A DNA stretch of 64,000 bases from the human T2T-CHM13v2.0 reference genome, Homo sapiens: NCBI RefSeq assembly GCF_009914755.1, contig NC_060929.1, one strand, 5' to 3'. Every line of letters begins with the position of its first letter. Positions within the stretch are counted from its first letter, which is position 1. A program made the translations under genes and the position numbers. Positions 51,613-64,000 of the stretch are shown here, in pieces. The notes beneath the pieces are model-generated. The model was not told the DNA's origin. It saw only the letters and a list, made by a program, of their open reading frames with translations, and searched no databases.

Positions 51613-52074
51613 TGAAAGTTATAATATTTCAAGGAAACTAAGGGTTCAGATCCTTCAGAGTAACCAGGATGTGATAAGGGATCTCTCTTTCTTTCCTGCG
51701 AAATTTTCGACCACTTGCCGACATAAAAGGATGCAGTTTTTACTCAGTCTTCCCTTTGGTCAAATTTGTTTCCAAAATTATCATTATTAAATTGTAATTA
51801 CCAATAAAGACATAAAATAGACCCTGTTATAATGTTGCTCTTTGGCAAGGGAATAAGATTTTCCTTAGCACCTAATGGTATTAAACCAAGTATTTCAAAA
51901 CATTATCCCTATTTCAAAAGGTAGGACTTAACCCAAAGATTTTAATCGGAATATCAAGTTGTTCTAGGAACTCTTAACTGATCAATTAAAGGGATTAGGA
52001 GAATAATACTCTCAATTTCAATAATGGTCTTAAAATTTTTAATAGAAGAAAACAAATTATTTGTGACTAGTTGC

Positions 52075-52374
52075 CTTTTTTTTTTTCGACACAGAGTCTC
52101 ACTGTCACCCAGGCTGGAGTGCAGTGGTGGGATCTTGGCTCACTGCAAGCCCCGCCTCCCGGGTTCAAGCAATTCTCCTGCCTCTCAGCCTCCCGGGTAG
52201 CTGGGAATACAGGCGTGTCCCACCATGGCTGGCTAATTTTCTGGGTATTTTTTTGTAGAGACGGGGTTTCCCGAAGTTGGCCAGGCTAGTCTTGAACTCC
52301 TGACCTCAGACGATCTGCCTGCCTCAGCCTCCCAAAGTGCTGGGATTACAGGCATGAACAACTGCGCCCGACCA
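52075..52374 (-). mobile_element. AluS
   Basis: Alu dimer; TSD actagttgccttttt. Confidence 0.95.
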
Positions 52375-53207
52375 CTAGTTGCCTTTTTAAACCACTATTT
52401 TAGAAATGATTCAAGGGGGCTGTACATTTATTGCCTGTATTTTCCTACCTAGAACCTGAATGTCATGTGCATTTTCATCACCTATAGGGTCCGACACCCA
52501 CAAAAAAAATCAGACCAGGGACATCTCACTGTAAGCCCAAAGACACTATACCCTGGCTTAAGAAACCAAGAGTAGTTTATAAATGGCAATTCACATTTAT
52601 ACTTCCTAAAGCACTTTCAGATCCCACTGTCTCTTCCTTCCGGCTTTGAAACAACAATGAGCAAGGTCAGGCTCACATGTTTCCACTGAGTTTACTGAGG
52701 AAGAACCTGGGTCTAAGGAAGGTTAGCACATGGGCCAGCTGCTGGCTGAGCTGGGATGGGATGTCCTGCTTCCTGACTCCCAGACCACACTGTCCACAGC
52801 CTTGAGTGAAAGATGACCCCAGAACCAACCCCTTCTGCGGCCCTTTCATTCAACTTTTACACAGAGATTGTAGGCAAGCTCATAAACACCTGATCTTGAT
52901 ATACACGGAAGGCATTTCCCATTTAAAGGCTCTTTGTGGTACATTATTTAGCAAAGGCAGTATCTTCCTATTCATTGACTTCGTTACGTTCAGGTCTTTC
53001 TCGACATGAGAAATGCTTGGCTATCACAGCTCGAGCATGAGATATGAAGAGACTGGAGCCCCACCTTGCCTACTGCTGACACATCCACAGTAAGTTAAGG
53101 AATACACTAGTTCCAAACAAACAAAACAAAACAAAAAAAGCCATTGGGTTTGCTCAAAGACACTTAGGAAAATATAAGTAACGAAGAATGGAAAAAAACA
53201 TGCTTAC

Positions 53208-53419
53208 GATTTTGGACCCAGGGTGAGATGGCTACCAATGATATAAGCAGGCACAGGCCTCCATTTACTCCCAGCAGAATTTTGTTTTCCATGCAGCTGT
53301 CTTTCTGTGTATAAAACACTGCCATCAAAACCAAGCCTCCAGTGGCAATGGAATACATGATGAGCGTCACCAGGGCCAGGGAGGCGTACCACAGCTTGTT
53401 ACTGGCTGTGCCTGCTGTC
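53208..53419 (-). CDS. SERINC5: SERINC5 exon 6 (212 nt): (W)TAGTASNKLWYASLALVTLIMYSIATGGLVLMAVFYTQKDSCMENKILLGVNGGLCLLISLVAISPWVQN(R)
   Basis: Acceptor aaacag|G, donor C|gtaagc. Lies within ORF 53164..53691. Two hydrophobic segments. Confidence 0.96.
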
Positions 53420-53707
53420 CTGTTTCTCCGGGAAGTGGGTAAGAGGGAGAGGAGAGAAGACAAGTCAACGAAGCCCACCATTCTGCGGTAACAGTCACCA
53501 TCCCTCAGGCAGTAACTAATGCTACAGGCCACAGGCACTGGTACCCAGCTGCTCAGAAGACACATTATTTTAGCAGTGATTATGCTCATCAAAGCTAGAA
53601 GGTTCTGGTAAATATGGAAACTTCTTGACTCAAGCTGAGAATTTTCTCTCAACAATGAGAGAATTCCACTTTCTGCGACAAATGTATTCATTCATTAAAA
53701 TGAATAA

Positions 53708-54450
53708 TGTCAACCCAAATGAGAGACTGAGGCAACAGTCTCAATCAGCCGAGGTGTACTGAGCCAGAGGTCTGAGGGTGCACCTAAAAGCACACAAGTC
53801 ACAGAATCTTCTGTGGCTGGTGCTCCCAAAGAGGTTGCAGAAGGCTCAGTATTTACCCATTTCTTTAAAGGGGAGAAGGCACGCAGGAAAAGGGGGCAGG
53901 TGGTGAGGCAAACGTGACATTCCCCTGAGATTTTAACTAGTGCCCAGTAAACCCTGCTATACAAGAGATATGATCAACATTCAAAAAGGGAGTAAAGGAA
54001 GAGTTAATTATGTAGTCTCAGGGTAAGCAGAGAAATGACTGCTGTCCTGTCTTTGTTCTGCACCTGGGAAGATAAGCTTGTAATGGACATTGTCAGTGTG
54101 AAATGTAACAGACTGCAATTCCATGGACAGGGAGCTAGACTTAGGTCGCAGACCTAAAGTTACAGCTGACATGTCCTTTTTTATGGGAAGATACACATCT
54201 TGAAAGGTTTAGGGACAAGCAGAGAATTTACTTATGAGCAATTTGAGGGCAGCCATCCGGGTTGCATGGGGCCTTTTGCCTTCTGTAGAGATCTAGCTAA
54301 TGTGTAGTCCTTTGACACAAGGTTGGGAAGTCACAGCTATCTATGGGCAGGTGGGGGGAGACAGCAGTGTCACATGACTGTGTCTCCAGGCTTAACTCTC
54401 CATTTGGTGTAATGAGTTTGAGCAGTCCTGAGACTCTTTATTTCCTTTAG
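53708..54450 (-). mobile_element. MER4-group ERV1 LTR
   Basis: Termini tgtcaacccaaat and gtcctgagactctttatttccttta resemble MER4 ends. Confidence 0.55.
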
Positions 54451-54606
54451 CTACCTACAGACTTTATTCTAGCTTCTCCATTCTGACTATGAACCACCGT
54501 GGGTCAGTTTTTGGCAGGATGAAAAAAGTGGCTCTTCACTGGGCTTCCCCAAGTTTTCTCCATAAACACAGAGCCCCGAAGCGCCATAGTCTCTACTCCA
54601 AAGTGC

Positions 54607-55179
54607 TGCCAGGAGAGGTGGCTCACACCTGTAATCCCAGCACTTTGAGAGGCCGAGGCAGGTGAATCACTTGAAGCTAGGAGCTCAAGACCAGCCTGGG
54701 CAACAAGGCAAAACCTTGTCTCTACAAAAATTAGCAGCATGTTGTGGTGCAAACTTGTAGTCCCAGCTGCTTGGGAGACTGAGGTAGGAGGATCACCTGA
54801 GCTCGGGTGGATGAAGGCTGCTATGAGCCATGACTGTACTACTGCACTCCAGTTTGGGCAAGAGTAAGACCCTGTCTAAATTTTTTATTTTATTTTTTTT
54901 TGAGACAGAGTCTTGCTCTGTCGCCCAGGCTGGAGTGCTGTGGTGTGATCTTGGCTCATTGCAACCCCCGCCTCCCAGGTTCAAGTAATTCTCTGCCTCA
55001 GCCTCCTTAGTAGCTGGGATTACAGGTATCCACCACCATGCCGGGCTAATTTTGTATTTTTAGTAAAGACGGGGTTTCACCATCTTGGCCAGGCTGGTCT
55101 TGAACTCCTGACCTCGTGATCCACCCACCTCTGCCTCCCAAAGTGCTAGGATTACAGGCATGAGCCACTGTGCCTGGCC
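54607..55179. mobile_element. Tail-to-tail AluJ (+, ~54607-54877) and AluS (-, ~54881-55179)
   Basis: Alu consensus; junction reads ccctgtctaaattttttatttt. Confidence 0.95.
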
Positions 55180-55399
55180 CTAAATGTTTGATAATAATAA
55201 TAAATAAACTTTTAAAAACAGAAACAAAGTGTTGCCAGCAGCTCTGATGCCATCTTCTTAGGGAGGAAAGAGAATTACCTTTACTAAGAGCCATACTGGC
55301 TGACCTTAGCTCTTTATTCCCTGTACTGAAGAGAAGGACCTGTAACTGTGCTGCTTCTTTATCTAAAATAGTATCAGGGAATAGTAAAGGAAAATTTGA

Positions 55400-56337
<938 letters not shown>

Positions 56338-56999
56338 TCACAGAAAAAGCAACTTGCTTTATGCCCTCACAAAACTGGAAAGTGTTCAAGCAACCCAGCT
56401 AAAATGTTTTAATGATGAAAAAGTTCCTGCAACCAGAAACAAAGAAAATAGGGAGGAAAGGCCAAAATGATAATGACCGTCATATTCCTGAAACTGTGCC
56501 AGACACTCCAATGACCTTGGAATTATTCTAACATAAAAGGCATACAAAGGAAATGAGAGAAAAATGGGATTTTAAGAAGGAAAAAAATATCTAAGAGCAA
56601 ATAATAATGGATGATGGGGAGACAGCATGAATTATACAGAAAAAGGTAAACACTGCTGACTGGTTTGTGCGTGGGAGACGACCAACGCTTCTATTCACTA
56701 GTCTTTTTGGTTATGTTATTAGAATATGAAGGACTTTCTTTCAGTTAATTTATGTTTACAGTCCATCCCAAAGTTAAATCTTCAACCCTAACCTTTCCCC
56801 TGAATGTCACTTATATTATCCCCTTGTTCATTTAACAATTGGAGACCCACTTGAAGGTCTAACTGGTATCTCAAACTTGGCACATCCAGGCTAAGGCTAA
56901 CTTCCTGATATTGACACCCCCATTCCTCCATCCCCCAAACCTGCTATTGTGCAATTATCCCAACCTCAGAAAACAGCAACTCCAACTTCCCATTGTTAG

Positions 57000-57180
57000 G
57001 GGAAGAGGGAAAGAAAGAAAGAGGAAAGGAAAGAAAGGAAAGCAAAGAAAGAGGAAAGGAAAAGGAAAAGGAAAGGAAGAGGAAAGGCAGGAAGGAAAGA
57101 AGGAAGGAAGGAAGGAAGGAAGGAAGGAAGGAAGGAAGGAAGGAAGGAAGAAAATGAAATGAAATGAAATGAAAAGAAAA
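57000..57180. repeat. Purine-rich tract with 12 consecutive GGAA (57102-57149), then (GAAAT)n
   Basis: Direct count. Confidence 0.95.
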
Positions 57181-57182
57181 GA

Positions 57183-57593
<411 letters not shown>

Positions 57594-57958
57594 CTACCAC
57601 TTAGTTCCAGACTACTCCTCCCTCACCTGGATTGACTCCCCCTGACCTCCTTACTTGCACCCCTGACACCTTTTCACCTTTCTGCACTTAAAACAGATTA
57701 TATTCCTCCCTTTTTAAGGCCCTCTGGTGCTCTCCCATCCCACTAAAAATCCAAAAAAAGTCTTTACACTCGACACCTAAAGCCCTTTGTTTCAATTCTA
57801 ATAGAGAATTGACACTGTAAACCACAAAATTTGAGCTAGAAAGGAAAAAAAAAGAACACACCAGTTAGTCCAAACACATTATTTAAGTGTGAAAATGGAG
57901 GTCAGAGGGGCCGACTGATGAGCTCTACAGTGAGAACAAGCATTAAAAGGGGCACTGA

Positions 57959-58238
57959 AGCCGAACACAATGTCATCCCAGTACTTTGGGAGGCCAAGGC
58001 AGAAGGATCTCTTTAACCCAGGAATTCAAGATCAGCCTGGGCGACGTGGCGAAATCCCATCTCTACCAAGCAAACAAAAAAAGAAATTAGCCAAGTGTGG
58101 TGCCACATGCCTGTAGTCCCAGCTTCTCAGGGGGCTGAGGTGGGAGAATCACTGAAGCCTGGGAAATCGAAGCTGCAGTGAGCCATGATCACACAACTGC
58201 ACTCCGGCCTGAATGACAAAGTGGGATCCCATCTCAAA

Positions 58239-58280
<42 letters not shown>
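57959..58280 (+). mobile_element. AluJ with (AAT)n tail
   Basis: Diverged Alu; (aat)n at ~58239-58280. Confidence 0.9.
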
Positions 58281-58284
<4 letters not shown>

Positions 58285-58499
58285 GAAAAAGAAAACAAAA
58301 GGGTACTGAAATCTGCATCTCCTGGTTGCCAGGCCCATGACCTTTCTATCCTACTGTTTTTAGGATCATCTCCTTCTCAAGATATTTACAAAGAGATAAA
58401 TGAAAAAGGGAAGAAAAGGTACTTTAGTTGTTCTATTAAGAGCAATGAGCACATTTTCTAGATTCTTATAAGCAAGAGTCTGTTAAAAAAACACAGCAA

Positions 58500-58583
58500 G
58501 GCCAGGTGCGGTGGCTCGAGCCTGTAATCCCAGCACTTTGGGAGGCCGAGGTGGGCGGATCACGAGGTCAGGAGATCGAGACC
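58500..58583 (+). mobile_element. AluY/Sc-like 5' fragment, 3'-truncated
   Basis: Reads ggccaggtgcggtggctc...cacgaggtcaggagatcgagacc, then non-Alu sequence. Confidence 0.9.
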
Positions 58584-58831
58584 CGTACGAGCAGGGGATT
58601 GAGTGTGGCTAATTCACACCACTGGTTGACTCAGAGCCCAAGCAAGGGAGTAGGGGCAGGGGGTCAAAAAGTGAGAAGTGAATGAAGGAGAGGAGTAAAT
58701 GAAGAGGTACAAAAAAGCAGGTATAAAGGGAAACAAAACTGCAAATCCCTAGCAATGCAGTTGAGTACAGCCTTGGTCAAAACTGGGCAGTTTCTGTGAG
58801 TCAATGGGAAGCTTTCCATAAAGGCACACAC

Positions 58832-58925
58832 CAGTTCTTGTTCCACTTATGTGCAAACTCCACGAGCAGGAGGAGCTGGATGCCAATGAAGAGGAAGCCT
58901 CCGACGGCTCCCACATAGCGCCAGG
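58832..58925 (-). CDS. SERINC5: SERINC5 exon 5 (94 nt): (A)[30 protein letters not shown](W)
   Basis: Acceptor tttgcag|CC, donor TG|gtgtgt. Lies within ORF 58801..59082. Contains the [12 protein letters not shown] family motif. Confidence 0.96.
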
Positions 58926-59464
58926 CTGCAAAAGACCATGAAGAACACAATGAGGCAACCTTTCGTTGTATTTTGCTCAAAAGAGAATAACCACAGCTAA
59001 TTTTTACTAGATGATCAGTGTACCTAACATATTTGTCACACAACCATATAAGATATGTATTACTATTATAAATGTCACTCACTTTACAGAAGAGAAAAAT
59101 TGAGAATCTATGTAGGTTGACAACATCTCAGTCAATAAATGGTATAGTTGGGATCTGAACACAGGCAGTCTGACCCTGAAATATCCAAGCTTATCCTCCA
59201 CACTACATCTGCCAGGTACCCTAATAGATGCCCTAATTCATAAAATCCATAATGACCCACAACTTAAAAGCAAACACATATTGCCAGGAAAATCAAAGGT
59301 TCAAATTTTATTGGGTAAAAAGTCAACAATGACCAGTAAAGAAACAAGGTTCAGACAGGGGACAAGGACTCGGTTCGACTTCTGGCTCTGCCACAAAGAC
59401 GCTATAACCTTGAATAAGTCACATCACATGGGTTCCAGTTTGTCTATAAAAATCACTGAGCTGG

Positions 59465-60161
<697 letters not shown>

Positions 60162-60304
60162 TTAAAACTTTTAACAGTATTTTAGGTAACAGCAAGACTT
60201 AGGGAGTACATGAAAAACAAGTATGACCTTAAACAACTAGCTAGGCCCTGATACATAACTATATGAAGGATTATGGCTGTTCCTTATAAACTGACACAAT
60301 CTAA

Positions 60305-60614
<310 letters not shown>

Positions 60615-61192
60615 TAAATGTTTTTAATACCTTACTTAGGAAAGTGAATCCATTTGGGTTGAACAAAATGCTCTGAACCACTGAAATTCAGGTTTTTCCC
60701 TCAGCTCATATGAAAAAGGGCGCCCTGTTTCAGCTATGATTAAAGGCTTCATATTAATGAATTAAAGCAGGTTCTAACAATAAAGAATATAATTCAATGC
60801 TACAGAGCTTCACATACGGTAAGTTTAATAACAGACTGAAAGATGCTTTTCCTGTCCCACTATCGCTGCAGCAGACATTTAGCTGCTGACAGCCCTGCGC
60901 TCCCTGTTGCTGGGTTTTCTGTGCAGTGCTTGGAAAGAACAAGGTCTCCCAGGCCAGCAGAGTATCAGAGTCCTCTTACACCCTACCTGGAAGTGGGATG
61001 CGGTGGTGAGAAGAGGGGAGGTAGATAGGCAATGATGGAAAAAGTATGGGCAGGTAAGTCAGGAATTTCTTTTGAAGCCAAAAGAAAATCAGTAATTCTA
61101 ACTATCAGAGGTACTTTGGACTGCGCTTCTGAGCAATTTGACAAAATGGGTAAAAACAAAATAAACAGATACCCAAAATACCCCATTAGTAC

Positions 61193-61275
61193 CGTTCAGA
61201 AAGGTGTCCTGATCTGGAATGAAGAAAGCTCCTGAGCACATGGCCCCCAACAGCAGAAGTTTAAAGAACCAAAAG
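61193..61275 (-). CDS. SERINC5: SERINC5 exon 4 (83 nt): (G)FWFFKLLLLGAMCSGAFFIPDQDTFLN(A)
   Basis: Acceptor ttctag|C, donor G|gtacta. 1 nt + 27 codons + 1 nt. Completes the HNGFW motif. Confidence 0.96.
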
Positions 61276-61763
61276 CTAGAAGTGGGGGGAAAAAAAAGAG
61301 GAAATGTATTTAAATGACATTCAAGAAGGACAAAGGACCTCGTAGAAGGTACAGCATGTCAATCCATGATTCTGCCATTGGCCAATGTTCTCTCCTAATC
61401 AAGGGGAAGTAACTAGGTGACTTGAAGAATGCTTTTTCCCATAATTAGGCAGACTCAGTGCAGCCTCCAGTTGTGCAAAACACCATTTCATTGCAGGGGT
61501 GGAAATGACCTGGGGGAAGGTCTTGGAACAAGAAATAAACTCTTTGTCTTGAGTAAATTTCGCATCATGGTACCAGGTGTTACAAATAAGATTCTACCTT
61601 TGAGGCAACCATGTGGGTAAGTATCAATTCCACCTTCCCCTAAATCAACAATTTCAACTAGAAGAAGGGCAGTCACAGTGTCTGGTGGGCAGATGGGATC
61701 CTGGACTACTGTCCTGAACATAAGAAAGGAGAAAGCAATCCCCAAGAAGACTAAAATACTTAC

Positions 61764-61942
61764 CCATTGTGAATATGAGCTCTACAACTTTTGCTGTTGT
61801 TGATTTTCAAGGTCAGTAGACAGAAGATAAAGAAGAAACAAGCCATTCCAAAACAGACTCTATACACGGCAGAATATCCCACCAGCTTCTCACAGGTGTC
61901 ACCAGCTTTAATGCCTTTACACATATCTTCAAAAAAAGGAAT
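61764..61942 (-). CDS. SERINC5: SERINC5 exon 3 (179 nt): IPFFEDMCKGIKAGDTCEKLVGYSAVYRVCFGMACFFFIFCLLTLKINNSKSCRAHIHN-G
   Basis: Acceptor ctcctcag|ATT, donor GG|gtaagt. 59 codons + 2 nt. SERINC-typical AVYRVCF and HNG motifs. Not captured by the ORF track. Confidence 0.97.
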
Positions 61943-62217
61943 CTGAGGAGAAAGTTTAGAAAAGTCATCTGTTACAACTGAGTGAGAGGTGGACTGTCAC
62001 GGAGTATTCATGCAGCCAACCACAACATCCACTGTGGAAATGGATCGTGTGCATAAAGAAACAGACTGAGGATCTATCTTCTAAAGAGATATTTTTCTAA
62101 TTTTCTCTGAATCTTTTTTAAAGATACAGTGATCATAAAGTAACACTCAGCCTTTACTTGCCCCAAATGACTTCTGAAATCCAACATCAGATTTTACAAA
62201 AATTACCTTTTTTTTAA

Positions 62218-62558
<341 letters not shown>

Positions 62559-62825
62559 CTAAAATCCCATTTCAATACATGGATATATTTTTGTTGATAT
62601 GTATACATATATACAAATAAAAAATCAGAGACTTCTTTTACTATCCACCCAAAATGTCACTCCTCTCCCTCAGAAGAGTAAACAATTTGGTGGGTAGAGT
62701 ATTTGTATTAATTCACATACATAAATGTGTGTGTATACATATATACAACACACTCACATATACATATACATACACAACACACATACATACACTCATATCA
62801 TACTATGCATATAATAAATATATTA

Positions 62826-63388
<563 letters not shown>

Positions 63389-63484
63389 TCAATAAATACT
63401 GCTGTTCATGCCTCACTGCACCTGTGCCATTATTTATGTAGGACAGACACCTGAGCTAGAAATGGAATTAGTAGGTCAAGTAGT

Positions 63485-63697
63485 CAGGTTGAATGTCCCT
63501 TATCCAAAATGCTTGGGACCAGAAGTCTTTCAGAATTTGGAATATTTACACTATATTACTGGCTAAGGTTCCCTAATCCAAAAAAATCCAGAATGCTTCA
63601 GTGAGCATTGCCTTTGAGTATCATGTTGGCACTTTAAAAGTTTCAAATTTTAGAGTATTTCACATTTCAGATGTTTGGATTAGGAATATTCAACCAG
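63485..63697. mobile_element. Tigger4/MER46-type (Zombi) non-autonomous DNA transposon
   Basis: Terminal inverted repeats caggttgaatgtcccttatccaaa / tttggattaggaatattcaaccag, followed by TA. Confidence 0.8.
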
Positions 63698-64000
63698 TAT
63701 CTACATTTTTAAACTTCAAGATGAGTTAAATCATACTTTCAAAGGCTGTACCAATTTACATCCTACCAGTAATATCTGAGATTGCACATTTCCCAACTTG
63801 GACATCTAATTTAAAGGCAAAAACCCAATATCCTGTTTTAAGGTACATCTTCCTTATTACTAGTGAGATTCAGCATCTTTTCTCAAGTTTATGGCCATCT
63901 GTTTTTTTTCTCTGAATTGGCTGTTAATTGGGTATTTTCTTGATCCACTGGAGCTCTTTATTAGTGGGTCTTAATCTTCTGATAAATGTTGACAATAGCT

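Noticed and set aside
53420-53691. N-terminal half of the 175-aa ORF 53164..53691
   Set aside because: Intronic sequence that happens to be in frame with exon 6. The true exon starts at the acceptor at 53419.

Overview
Alu-dense primate DNA, almost certainly human. It holds the 3' part of SERINC5, a serine incorporator/TDE-family 10-TM protein that restricts retroviruses and is antagonised by HIV-1 Nef and MLV glycoGag. The gene is on the minus strand. Ten GT-AG coding exons, corresponding to exons 3-12 by my recollection of the gene, lie between 61942 and 27534. They splice in consistent phase into residues I66-V461 of the full-length 461-aa isoform. A ~4.8 kb 3' UTR follows, ending near an AATAAA at 22769-22774. 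Exons 1-2 lie beyond the right edge. Positions 1-22.7 kb are a patchwork of nested MaLR/ERV LTRs, L1, L2, MIR and Alu elements, with one candidate alternative downstream exon. I found no new gene system, RNA gene or CRISPR array. The best leads are: (1) a proximal poly(A) site that would switch an inverted-Alu duplex in the 3' UTR on or off; (2) possible TM10-less alternative ends; (3) inverted Alus tightly flanking exon 11; (4) a strong G-quadruplex in place of an Alu tail; (5) a 12-unit GGAA microsatellite; (6) several templated micro-inversions and unusual target-site duplications. Repeat subfamily names and boundaries were assigned by eye and are approximate. Residue numbers rely on my recollection of the N-terminal 65 aa, which are outside the window.
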